Shown in pieces: positions 1-12,400 of a stretch of DNA of 64,000 nt (position 1 is its first letter; every line of letters starts with the position of its first letter). Under the pieces are notes generated by a model. The model made no database searches. It saw nothing but the letters and a program-made list of their open reading frames with translations, and had not been told where the DNA came from. A program made the position numbers and the translations under genes. The DNA comes from Ophelia neglecta (lineage: Eukaryota): the NCBI GenBank assembly GCA_965285935.1, contig OZ260664.1, positions 83,452,001-83,516,000 on the forward strand, written 5' to 3'.

Positions 1-3000
1 GCCCACCGGAGATATTACCTTGCTTTGGGGAATACAGGTTGATAACCAGATTCTCGATGGCACTGAATGCCTGATCATCAGATTCACGTCCGAGGGTGCA
101 AAGAGAGAGGAAGTGCCTTGGACCTTTTTCTAGAACAGTCTTTATGACAGTTCTTTTACCAACCGAATAAAAGCTGGAAGTGGTGTCACATCCAGTAGCA
201 GCGTGTAATCCGGGTAGTATAAGGCATAGTTCCTTTCCTAGCTTATCTGCAAGATCATGAATTGGGATAAACCTGGCATTGTTGACACCGGTTACCGTAC
301 TAGTGTGCCCCACTCTCAGCCAAACCTATTGAAAAGAGAGCTTAAAATTGATATGAATTCAAGCATTTTCAAATCAATCTACTTATATATTAAAGACATG
401 TAAGTCCATGTTATCAATTTTCCAACTTACTTTAGTATTTTCCATTTTAGCTTTGTAATGCAACAGCAACACCAGCACATCCGTATCATCACACAGAACA
501 ATGATATTTTTGTTTTCCGCAGCTGAGGTGAGGGCATGAAATACAATTCGCGTATCAGCCTCCTCATGATTGCAACTCATTTCTGGAACAATATGGCTAT
601 TCTCATTTTGCACCAACATAGTTTCTGTTCCATTCGGACGTCCGCCTGCAAGGTATATTTTCTGGTGGTCAAGAAGATGATGTGGGGCACTTGTGACTAA
701 AAACTCACACACATAGGCAGCGAGGCTTGCTTTGTTATCACACAAGGATAAAAACTTTCGCCAATTGGGTATATCTCTCCCTCCAATCACGCTGACCTTG
801 GGACTAACTGAAAAACAAAAGATGATAAAACCTAAAATATAAAATGTACAGATAATGACAAATTCAGTAGTGTATTTTTTTAATATAGTTTAAAACAGTC
901 TTTATTGAACAATAAGTGAAATCATAACCTTTTTCTCCAGCGTTTTGTCGGCGAAGTCTCTCTGCACTCTTAGTCGAGTTTGATATATCATAGCGGTCAA
1001 AAACATCTATCACGGTTTCAGCTTTTTCAAAACACCGGAGAAGATTCTTCATATAGACACCAGCCACATCCTGAAATGTTTTACACTTCGACACATCCAT
1101 GGACTGAATCACTGACATACCATCACGAATGTAAACGGTCTGATCTTTTTGGAGTGAATTGATTTCTTTTGGAACAACTATTTCTTCTTCTAAACGGTGC
1201 ATTAGTTCACTTTTGGTGGATTTTCTCATTTGTCCGTCTTCATAGAATAGAGAGAGAGGTACTGATGTGACTGGCTTTTCTAGAAGTGTGTCCAAAGTGA
1301 GTTTTCGTTTTTGGGTAATCACAAGTGCACGCCTGAAGAGAAGTTCTGGTGCAATGGAAAGAGGTGTTTTCATCCCCTTTAGAGATACTTGGTTTTTCCT
1401 TCGCATATCTTCAAATGTTTTGAGTGTAGATCTCTTCACTGGCTCATAAAACCCTTTAGTTTGTGCAAATGACATACGTGTGTTGACAAATTCTGACGCC
1501 AGACTTTTGCCTGTTTCTGTCGCGCTAATCAAAGCCTCTTCGATGTCTGGTGTAGAATGGACCCCACTAGCTATATTTATAAGGCAGTTTGGCAAAACTT
1601 CAATGTCAAATGGGTTTGTCATACAATCGAGCAAATGTTGCTTCATTTTCCTGACATCTTCTTCATCTCGTTTCATAGCCCCTGGTTGAGATTGCGAATG
1701 GGAATCGTCTTTTTCTGTTTTCAACCCACTGCGTCCTCTCATTACCTCATAGTATGCTCCTAAAATATGCCTGGTCAGAGTCCATCTCACAAGGGCCGGT
1801 TGTTTCATAGTCAATCCTACGATCCCACTCTTTCCCTTCGCATCACGTATTACAGTTTTTTCGGTACCCATATCACTCCAAATACCATTGAATGATCCTG
1901 CCTTTTGTCGAATGCTGAACTGGCCATCAACCAATGCTTCTTTAGCCATCTGGGGGATGTCTTTCATGTCCAAGAGATATGTGGGAAGCCACCGAGAATA
2001 GTTTTGTTTACTACAAACAAAAAAGTATGGAAGCATTGCCCTTGTAGTGGATAAGTGCAATTTCCAATCTCCCTCTCGATCTGCCCTAATATTGGACAGC
2101 ATGATGCCTAAAGATTCAATAAGCATATACCAGAACTTGAATGTAGGATGTTGGGATCCAATCTTTACAAAATCATCCAGAGCAGGGATGAATGAGTTAC
2201 TTAGAAGATTTTCGAGACATTCTGTGTCTTTGCCTAAACTTCCAACTTCTACTTCTTTCCGTGCAGCTACCAATTGAACCATGATACTAGTGTCAATTTG
2301 ATGTGTTTCAAGAAAAGTATCAATTAGGCATCCTGCAAGAACTTCATATGTCAAGGTGAGACCGCGCACCGCTCTGTTGAATTGTTTCCCTTTAAGCATC
2401 TGGTAGGCCGTTGCCTCTGCATATGTTCCCGAATCAACAAGTAAATCATGGAGGCCAGCGTTACCCCACATTTTACCAAGGCATGCAATATATGTGGACA
2501 GGGTATGAAAGCCACCAAGGCGAAGAATGTGATCAGGGAACTCGTCTGGTTTCCCCCATTTTACTTGCTGTGCTACAGCGTAGAGTTGTTGGTCCATAGT
2601 CTGCACTCCAAAGGGCTGTCCTAGCTTTTGGACCATCCGTTTGTGTTTCACCATTGTTGTGTAAACAGTTTGGAAATCAGACGGCTTGGCCTGAATGATT
2701 GGTGCATATGCCGTTCTTGTAATGGCCTTCACATCGTTTGATCGCTTGCAATTATATCCGGCCCAAAGCGGTACTGGCTGGGGTGCAGCTTGTCTATTTC
2801 CTTCCACGGATGATGCCCAAGATGATCAGTTCAAGCAGCGCATCAAGACCCAGGCAAGATCTTTGGTGGCAAGACTAACGTTCTATGAAAGATGAAAAAA
2901 AATATGTAGAGTAAACTTAAGCTGTGTTCATTAGATTAGTTTTTATTTTAAAAGGGATTTGAATATGATCTAATGAACAATTTGATATTCTACCCGAGTT

Positions 3001-5190
3001 AATTCATGTAATGCCTACCTCAAGCTTGAGTGAGTCCAGGTAGGCCATCGGGTTCGGTGTCACTGGTGGGCACGGTCTCTGTGTAGGTTTCTGATAAGCC
3101 ATGCATTCCGTGTCCAGTTTGACCATGTCAACAACATCAAGACTTCTATTCTTAGACTTTGGGATGGGCCTTTCTGGTGAATGATGGCTTCCTTCCTGAA
3201 ATATGACTCTGGCCATGGAGTGGAAGGTGTCCTTGCCATTTATTGTTTCAGCGTTGATATCGATGTTATCATCTCCCTCTTGTATTAATGCTCCTCCAGC
3301 TGTGATAGGCGTGATCTCGGACGGTACGTATGTTGTGTTGTGACTTTGCTTGATTTGTTCATCAGCAGCTGATGTAAGAAATTGGCGGACTGTATCATAT
3401 GAAGTTGTAAATCCATGGGAGTGCAGAGTATCTATAATGTCTCTTCTGCCATTTTGATAGTGCAATTGTAATGCTAGGCCTAATTGGCATGGAGTGGTAA
3501 TATTTCTGCTTGAATGGATTATTGCCTCAGAAATAGCTAAGTACTTTACTTGCTTGTCTGGTTTTGAAACAAAATGGTCGCATCCGCTTAAAAACGCCTC
3601 TTTGTCCAAAATCCACTGCACTGTGGTCTTCAGCAAATCTGGAACAAATTTTTCCGAGGATGTAATGGACATTTCGTCTGTAGTTGGAAAGGTACTCCTG
3701 TCGTCTATTGAGTCCATAGCTTGACGAATGTACCCGATGGCCTGATGTAGAATTTTGAGCTTGTGTGTTTCATCCTTTGTTTCTGTAGTATCAGCATTGT
3801 TTTCCTTGACATAATCATTTTCAGTGAGCTCAAATTGTTGAATTGATTGTAATATTTTTCCCATCTTTAAACTGCTACTGCACACAACACTGGAAATGCC
3901 TGGTCCATGTCTACTGATTATTTTGATGGTGTTTCCAAAATGAATCTCAAGCCGTTCTTTTAGTCTTTGTGATGAGTAAGCTGTTGGGTCGCCCAACTGT
4001 GATCTATACATTGCAAGTAAGTCTGTGAGACGGTAAACCTTTCCCTTATTCATTAATTCCTCTGTGATTGTATCTACCAGTCTATAGATCGAAGAAGCTC
4101 TGACGTCAGCTGCGCGTCAGAGCGTGGCAACGACCTGACGACGGGCTTCTGTGGGTATACACAGTTTTTTCAAGATGGCGGTGATAAGCGTTTCGTGTAT
4201 AGCGGCGTTCTTTGCCGGCGAAGAAAAACTGATTAAGAAAAGGGAAAATGCGTACAAGTCTAAGCGATTAGAAAGATTTACCTATTTTCTCATAGACTTA
4301 CATGTATTAAGCTTTTAATATTAAATAATGTCTCGCAGCTTGTCCTCACAGGTAGGAAACCGAATAAATCGGCAGATCTCTCGCTGCCTTTGGTGGTTGC
4401 AGAAGGGCGGAAAACACTGCACAAATGGTATAATCACCTTAATCAGAGCTTTCGGTTTCCACAAATGTAGAAATCAGTCAGAATCACGCATAAATACTGG
4501 ACTAAAACACAAAATCATCGGAGCTGATATTACGACCGTGTACTTTAACATGTACCCAACATGGCGGCAATGATTGTTTGTCTCCAGCGGGAGCAGTAAC
4601 TAACAATATCACGTGATAAGTGACGTCATCCTTCTTCAATCTATTGAAGGCTTCGTCGTAATCTGAAGTTTGGAATGTTTTCTTAAGAGCAGCCTGGATG
4701 TTTCGTCTGCTTAAGTATGAAGCTTTACAATTATTGTGGTATTTGGCATGGTGTTTTGTCAGATCCTCTTGATAAAGGTTGTCCATCAGTTTGAAGTCAT
4801 TTTCTGGATTGTGGCTTTGAACTGTTGCTCTGTTTTTTTTTGTGTCACCGTGTGCATATACTTATTCCCGCCTTGATACAGTTTTTGACAAAATATGCAT
4901 TTTTCCCAATCAATAGGAGTCACCAAGGCCCTCGTTGTCGCCCGGTCTACAATTTGATTGTCACTATTTCCCTTTGGCAGGTTTTGTACACTTGTATACG
5001 TTTGGTAGCAACTTCGATGGTATGGAATACTGTCAACATTTTCTGGGTTTACATTTTCCTTCTGTATTAATCGCTGCCGTAAAGGTGAGTCGTTTCGCGT
5101 TGCCGAGACATCAAATAATCTTTTTCTTCCTCTGTTGCCCGCAAATCGTATTTCCTCGTTTTGATTAGGTGTTGTGCAAATAATACACAT
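1..5190 (-). pseudogene. AcademX transposase/XPG-nuclease gene, disrupted; exons approx 5190-3019 (interrupted by 4086-4642), 2882-929, 807-431, 325-<1
   Basis: N-terminal CxxC/YHxxC modules, DDNID, TMDQQLY, LRLGGFH, DVFDRY, HEEADTR, DDTDV and an H3TH-like HAATGCDTTSSFYSVGK motif in the last visible exon. Frame-preserving GT-AG introns at 3018-2883, 928-808 and 430-326. Lesions: a frameshift near 4800, a TE insertion, and an in-frame TGA at 2828-2826. Confidence 0.85.
4086..4642. mobile_element. Internally deleted ISL2EU (PHIS group) non-autonomous element
   Basis: Imperfect TIRs AGATCGAAGAAG..TGACGTCA / AGATTGAAGAAG..TGACGTCA with AT duplication at 4084-85 and 4643-44. Removing it restores the Academ frame (DEAFNR-LVDTITEELMNK). 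It holds convergent ORF stubs: + 4175 MAVISVSCIAAFFAGEEKLIKKRENAYKS and - 4431 THAP-like PFVQCFPPFCNHQRQREICRFIRFPT. Confidence 0.75.
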
Positions 5191-6221
5191 TGAGCTACAT
5201 TGCCCGTTTCTTCAGTGGAATTGGAGTATCCATCTGCGATAAAGAAATTTGCTAGAACCATGCAGTGTCAAATTATTTCACACCAGTGTATAAAAGTATA
5301 GGTCCCCTAACTGAGAAAGCCCCCGAAGGATGGTGTAGGGCAGTTAACAATATTAATGGTAGGGATGTGTAGCTGGAAACTCAAACTATGGGGTCATTCT
5401 TAGAGCAATGCCTCTGTAAAACCGACTCTTTCTTAGTGTCTTATTATTGCATTAAAAGTTGCAAAATGGCCTGTGTTAATATGTGTGGCGGTAAGGTGAT
5501 CCATTTTTGCTCAAATATTACCGCCAGCTGACAATCAGTGAATGTAGCTTCCCATCAACAAAGCGGATTTATAGATAGTTAGCCTTGAAACATATATTCA
5601 TTCCAGTGGATCATACATGTAGGCCTATGGTTCCGGATAGCCGTGCCCCCCACCCCCACCCCCAAGGAAAGAAGTCGCCAACTTAAAGCCTTGTCATATC
5701 AATAACTCGGGAAGTGATAAGCAAATATTTTAAGACCGGAGGATGTATGAAACCAAGACTTACCTAATGTATTCTTGATATATTATAAAACATGTATACT
5801 ATCCAAGTAAAAAGTCTGAACGAATACTGTAACTTAAATGAAATTTGATGGTATTGCTGTTGAGAATTGGTGAATACCAAATATTCGAAAAGGAATGCGG
5901 GGTATAATATATAACCACCCATTTGAGATTTGGACAACTACAAGCCCACCCTTGCGGCATAACGCTATCTACTTGTGTAGAATGGAAGCTTATTGGAAGG
6001 TTATGTACATGTACCGAGTGCTTAACTCATTCGCTGCTGACTTGTTTGACAGGCTCAGGGGCCTTCAGTGCTGAATTAATTTAAGGAATTTTCAACAGAA
6101 ATGTATAATTATAGATTGTGGGCAATGCACAAGTTACCTTTGAAAAATATGTTGAAAGCTATATATCAATAGATAGCCAAGACACACAGCTACCCTTTGC
6201 AGTAGGTAACAGGTGAAAAAT

Positions 6222-7199
6222 TCCATGTTACCATGGTAACGAGCCAAATTAAACACAGATTTGGCTTTTTTTTAACGTTTTTCCAAGATATTTAAACGAC
6301 TGCCCTAAATTATTGAAGTTAAATGTAAAAAAAAGTTTCAAAACCAAACCCAGTGGAAGAGTGATGTAATACCTTGTCAAAATTTGCACCTGACAGGTGT
6401 TTTTTGGGAAGAGGTAAGGGTGGGAAACCTTGATTGGATTAATGCTCAGGTAAGGTATTTGGTTCGTGCAGTACACACATTGCACTATATTTAGGTAATA
6501 CACATGTTGTGTTTCAGGTGTGAAGAGAACCTGGAGGTAAAATAAATATATAATCATGGCACATTCATATACACCTATGGTCGTTACCTGGTCTTTGCAG
6601 TGGGTACCAGGTGTAAAACTCCATGTTGCCATGGTAACGAGTTACACTAAACATAGATTTTGGCAATTTTTTGACATTTTTCAAAGAAATTTGAACTACT
6701 GCCCCAAATTATTGAAGTTAAATGTAATAAAAAGTTTCAAAACCAAACCCAGTGGAAGAGTGATGTAATACCTTGTCAAAATTGGCACCTGACAGGTGTT
6801 TTTTGGGAAGAGGTAAGGGTGGGAAACCTTGATTGGATTAATGCTCAGGTAAGGTATTTGGTTTGTGCAGTACACACATTGCACTATATTTAGGTAATAC
6901 ACATGTTGTGTTTCAGGTGTGAAGAGAACCTGGAGGTAAAATAAATATATAATCATGGCACATTCATATACACCTATGGTCGTTACCTGGTCTTTGCAGT
7001 GGGTACCAGGTGTAAATCTCCATGTTGCCATGGTAACGAGTTACACTAAACATAGATTTTGGCAATTTTTTCTGACAGGTGTTTTTTGGGAAGAGGTAAG
7101 GGTGGGAAACCTTGATTGGATTAATGCTCAGGTAAGGTACCTGGTTCTTGCAGTACACACATTGCACTATATTTAGGTAATACACACATTGTGTTTCAG
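6222..7199. repeat. 399-bp tandem repeat (about 2.5 copies) inside the piggyBac
   Basis: CCATGTTRCCATGGTAACGAG at about 6222, 6621 and 7020. Near-identical ORF translations offset by 399 bp. The third copy is internally deleted. Confidence 0.92.
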
Positions 7200-7528
7200 A
7201 TTTAAAAAAATAATTCCATAAATTACAGTTTGATCACTTTTTATTATGCATCGTACATCATCAATACTGTAGAACAAACAATGTTTGACATTTAATAAGT
7301 TTTTTTAAAATTTGTGTTGGGTTGGCCTAGCAAAGTTAAAATCACTATACTTAATTCAGTTTATTCTAAAGCCTAAATATGACTAGATCTAATTGCACAA
7401 ATTTAAAAGAGATCACTACATTAGAAAGTATGTCAAATCATAAATATCTATTCAAAGTGCTACAAGTTGTACTTCCTCATGGCAGGCCAGGTTTTGCCTT
7501 TTCACTCCAATCATTGGCTGATTTATAC

Positions 7529-8457
7529 CTAAATTGGTAGCTCAGCCTCAAGGCGATCATAAAAGGCCAGGTAGTTTTGCTGTGTGTGGTAAATTTCAAA
7601 GCAAGGTACCACACACAGCGAAACTTTACAGACCTTGCAACGGTATATGGATTCTTTCCGTCGCAAGGGTCTGCCCGCTCCATTTCCCCTCTTGGAAGAA
7701 CTGCAGCACTTACAACGTAGTTGTGCATGCAGCTTCTTACCAGATGGGGGGTTGTGCTCCATCCAGTGGCCAGCTGAATGTGTCAACCTTAATATAGGCA
7801 CATTCATTGAAGGACGACCTACTTTGACGCCCTCAAGGTCAGCACGTTCCAGGAGAGCGTCAATCAGTGCCTGTATGTATTTGAGCTGACTCAAAGGAGC
7901 AGCAACCTGTTTCTCATAACAGAAGGATAAAACTCATTGGAAAAAATAGGATCTTGAGACCAATAGCTGCCAAAGGTTGGACGTTCGTCCAATCCCATGG
8001 CAAAAACAAGTGCAAGAAAACCAAGGAGCTCGCCAGAAGTGGTGTCCCTCCACTTCTGGACGCGACTGAACTGAGGAAAATCATAAGCAGCAAGAACCTG
8101 GCCAGCGTACTGGTTGGTTTCTCTGGCCAGTAACTCAAAGAAATCATCATCCAAAAATAACTGAAAAAAATCAAACACATCAAAATCATCACAATTGATC
8201 AAAACTTGCCCGGCCTGGTGGCCAGTAAACGGTGGAATGTTTGGCTGCTGGTCCACCGAAACCCAGCCATCAATTTCACCATCATCATCGTCATCGTCAT
8301 CTTCTTGGCTGCTATCTCCATCTTCATTTTCATCATCACTCCGTTCAGCCTCTTCTTCGTCTTCACTGCCAGGGTCTAAGGTCACTTCCTCCACCTCATC
8401 ATCCCATCCCAAGCGTTGAGGGGCCCTAGCTATCCGTCGTGGTCTTGCAGCTGCCAT
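7529..8457 (-). pseudogene. piggyBac transposase lacking the catalytic core: acidic N-terminus/start of DDE_Tnp_1_7 joined out of frame to the C-terminal Cys-rich domain
   Basis: ORF 8457-7891 has FFQLF..RETNQYA..W..T..EL..F..L..MG..YWS..MRNR. ORF 7894-7529 has CKCC..CKVC..LC..PCFEIYH. The DDD region is missing at a junction near 7903. Confidence 0.88.
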
Positions 8458-9164
8458 TTATCTATAGGAATATTTTTGTTATAATGAGAAAATATCACGT
8501 TTATCTTTTCCAATGCTTATTGAATTTTAATATAGAATATGAATGTAATTTCCAAAAGGTAACAGCTTTATTTTGGGGGAAAACAGTGCACTGATACTGT
8601 AATAATTAGTATTTTGCAGAAATTTCTGAGGCATTGTGCTTATATATAGAGTAGCTAAATTTTCCAGGGTTTTGATACAAAATTAACTAGAATTAATAAT
8701 ATAAATGTATACCACCCATGAAATCACAAGTTTAACACAGCTTTCTACATACCAAGTCATCAGACATATTTTCTTTGAAGATATTCCACCCCCTAAGATA
8801 TATGAATGGCGAGCAACATGAGACCCGTGCACACCCATCAACATATGATAGGGGGTACTTGGCATCTTTAAAAGACCTTACCAGACCTGGGATAAAATAA
8901 TAAAAGTAACATAATTTTCTTCGATATCATTGACCCCCTGATACATTCCAGTGTGGCATGACTGAAATTGGCATGTTTTGTCCTCATTTTCCTCTACATT
9001 TTCCAGCATCGGGATATGATCAGGGGGTCCTAGAGGTAACCGCCTGTAAATAACAAAGAAAACAACTGATGTAAACAACAAAAGAATCGATTATGTTCAA
9101 AACAGTTCAATGTCAATAAAAACAAAACTATAGCTAAATGATTGCTTAAAATTTTGTCACATGT

Positions 9165-9405
9165 ATGTCACTTTTGCCATAAGGAATCTCACCCAACAGC
9201 AAGTAGATATTCGGATTTTGTAATATGGTTTTAGATGGTTAAAAATATCAAGGAAGTGTCTCGAACGGTAGTACCGGGGGGGGGGGGGGGGGGGGGGAGG
9301 CGAAGTATATTTTGGAGGCCATTGTCTTTGACATTTAAAATCTACAAGTCTACAGACCGAAGCAACTCGCAATGATGGAAAAATCATCTATAGCAAAAGG
9401 GACAT
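9165..9405. mobile_element. Possible small MITE nested in the piggyBac
   Basis: Inverted repeat ATGTCACTTTTGCCATA / TATAGCAAAAGGGACAT around about 240 bp. Confidence 0.4.
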
Positions 9406-12400
9406 GCACAGAGAAACGTTTAATAAAACAATAATAAGCAATTTGCAAAGCCAGTAAGCCTACCTTTGCCAGTGTATTATACAGGGAACACTATATTGCT
9501 ACCTGGTAAATTGACGATAAAAAGGAAAAGATATGTTTAAGTTCCGAAATAATTTGGTTTCCTACAATACTTCAGCCTTGTCACTATTATTATCGATACA
9601 AAGAATTCTAATTGTGTTCCTTTAGTTTTTGGTGACGAGATTTAGAATCTGGACAAATGGGCGATATTACAAGTTTGCCACAAATATATCAATTATTCCA
9701 TTACTTTCATCAACAATATGAATCCAATGCATCAGTATATTCATTAGATGTTCAAATGAAGTAGAAATGATAATAGTTGGACACTACAGGTGACATGTAA
9801 ATTAAAACAAATGTTTGTGTCATCAGTGCATGTCGAAACTTGATGGCCAAATGCGGTCACTGGGTTACACAGATGTGTAAACATTACTTGTACACACCGG
9901 GAAAACTAAAGGGAATAAACGGAATAAATAGTTTTTGCTATTATTCCCTGTAAAGGAGAGGTCAATCCATAAGCACAAAGCGATTTTTTATATTTCTTCA
10001 TCAACACAGGTTTAATAAAGGTTGGGAAATATTGAAAAATTGCTGAACTTACCGATGGAGAAATTCGCCGGGACTTCTGTCGTCTGGAAAATTTCCTGCC
10101 GGAACGAGCGCACAGCGTTTTCCCGGGAAAGTTGAACGAGCCAATCAGTGATCTCAAAATGCCATAAGTGGGCCATCTTTCCAGTGACGTTAAATTATCA
10201 GTTGAAACGTGTGCACCACGCAGGGGGCAGCTGCCCCAAAACAATTTAAGTCGTCCACGGCTACTTTTTATCGCTCATAATCCAAAGTAAACACGACCGG
10301 TGATACGGGAAAATAGGCATAAGCATCAAAGCGGGCACGTGCAAAGTTCGCAAAGTAAACAATTTGTTTATTGCTGTTTTTTAACTATTTTTTTCCTTTT
10401 TTTGCGTGAAACTATATAACTGATGTGTTCTATATACCATGTCTTCCCGTCAAGTAAAATTTTAGCGAGTTATGTTATTGGCAAATGTATTTAAACATAT
10501 TTTACAAGTATCATGCTGCTGCACACCCTCACGACGTATATATACGTCCGTAGCATAGTGCGTGCTTTTGTTCATGACGTATATATACGTCCGTAGCAGC
10601 GAATGAGTTAATGGTTTAAATAAGGGGTGGGGTGAGGAGGGGGGGGGGGGGGGTTACTGTGAGACATATATATTTTACACAAATAAGGATACCGGTGCCT
10701 GATATGGTTACAAGAATATGCACTGCCTACAAAACGGGACACTTTTTTTTTAAAAACAATAACCTTTTGGGTTAATATAGGATCAAAACTTCACTGACTG
10801 TATATCATTCTATCTATATGCTCTATCTATATACAAATATTGATTAATACACCAATTTTAACAACTCCAATGTTGAGTGTTGGTAGATATAGAAATTATT
10901 TGATCAAATCTGTTGACGGCTTTAACTTACCGTCGTCCTTTACTCTATCGCGTCCCTTTGTTTGGCTCCTGTGCTTTTCTTTCCTCCTAATGCCGGTATG
11001 CTCAAATTTACCAACATGATGTCATCAGCACAGGTAATACATCACTATTGCCATGACAATGGGTGCCAAGTTCATCTCATGCTCAAAATATTTCAGCAGA
11101 GATATCATTTTTTATTCATATTTATTCTATTCACTCACATAGTATTCTTAATTTATAAACATACCCTGTGAATTTTTTAATTGGTACCAAAATAACTGCA
11201 TGCATTTTTTCATATTGAGGTTTTTGCTTTTATCCTCATTTCTATAGTAACAGTTTTAATGACACTAAATACCATTAGGATGCTCTTATAACCAACCATC
11301 CTACTATATACTGAATGTGTCTTCTTTATTTTTCACATCTATGCTTTGTTAGAGATATGATTCGCTAAAATAATACTAAATGGAAGTTACAAGAAATGTT
11401 CCTAATTGAGGAAAAAAGTGCAGAGAGCGTTCGTTTCCATGGCAACGTGTAATCTGCGCATGATGAGAGGATGTCCCAATGTTGAAGATATTTCCCTCAT
11501 GTTAATGGTTAAAATATTACTATGTTAAATATAATATTTTTCAGTTAAAGCGCATATTGTCACATGTGGTTATTGGAAAATGGCGACACCCGTTACCATG
11601 GCAACCTGGCCAATTTCGCCCTTGTCTTGTCAAAAATTAACAAGGGTACATCCTGTACCAAATTTTGTGTCTGCCTCGTAAATGCACCCATCGTGTAAGA
11701 ATTGTTTAGATTTATGTTACTGGTAGATGAAAGGAAGATCCATTTGCACATCATTGGTTCCACCTTAAGTCAAAATCAGCCAATTTTAATTCAATGAGGG
11801 CATTTTGAAACTTTCATAAATTAAAAACTTTTGGGATAAATCCGATTTTTCTTCGTCCAACCCCTTTAGCAATACATTGGAAACATTTACTCTTCTTCAC
11901 AGGATAGCAAGGTTCTAAAGGGATACGCACATTTCATTCTGCTAAAGTTAACATTAACAAAAAAGTAAAGGGAAAAATAGCGGTTTATAACCCCTCAAGT
12001 CGTAACCATGGCAACCAGCCAAATGTTTTTTATGCAAAAGTCTAAGGTCAACCCATCTCACACACTGCCATGTTTGTTTAAAGTTTTGATTTGTATTTCT
12101 GAAATCTATTGCATTTTAATGAAATTAGGCAAAAAACAGTGATTGTTATGTTTTCTTTGTTACCATGTATACGTGTGATGAGATTTCCTTACAACAGGCT
12201 AATTCTGGAAGCCCAAGTCTTCAGCATCAAATTGGTACCAAATTCAGCCATGTATACCGCCGGAACTTTATATCTCAAATTTTCACCCCGGTTCTACTCG
12301 TCTAATATGATTGACTATGACAAGCGGCTCACACACATAGCTGCACATGGCCTAGTTGGCATCTGAGTGACAGCAGCGACCGTCTGTTATCACGGGAAGA

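Larger units (their letters stand above)
6026..10607 (-). mobile_element. piggyBac element, internally deleted
   Basis: TTAA at 6022-25 and 10608-11. Perfect 13-bp TIR CTCATTCGCTGCT. Two subterminal GACGTATATATACGTC palindromes near 10533 and 10576. Transposase remnants inside. Confidence 0.9.
1..12304 (-). mobile_element. AcademX DNA transposon (5' part; the other end lies upstream of the window)
   Basis: Encodes an Academ-type transposase plus an XPG/FEN1-like nuclease. The outer end reads TAGACGAGTAGAACCGGGGTGAAAATTTGAG on the - strand (ends ...ctactcgtCTA at 12304), matching Academ TAG...CTA termini. The partner TIR is not visible. Confidence 0.75.

Noticed and set aside
980-3724. + strand ORFs overlapping the Academ gene
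   Set aside because: Antisense shadows of the real - strand coding sequence.
6249-7185. Paired 111-127 aa ORFs
   Set aside because: They simply reflect the 399-bp tandem repeat and have no protein motifs.
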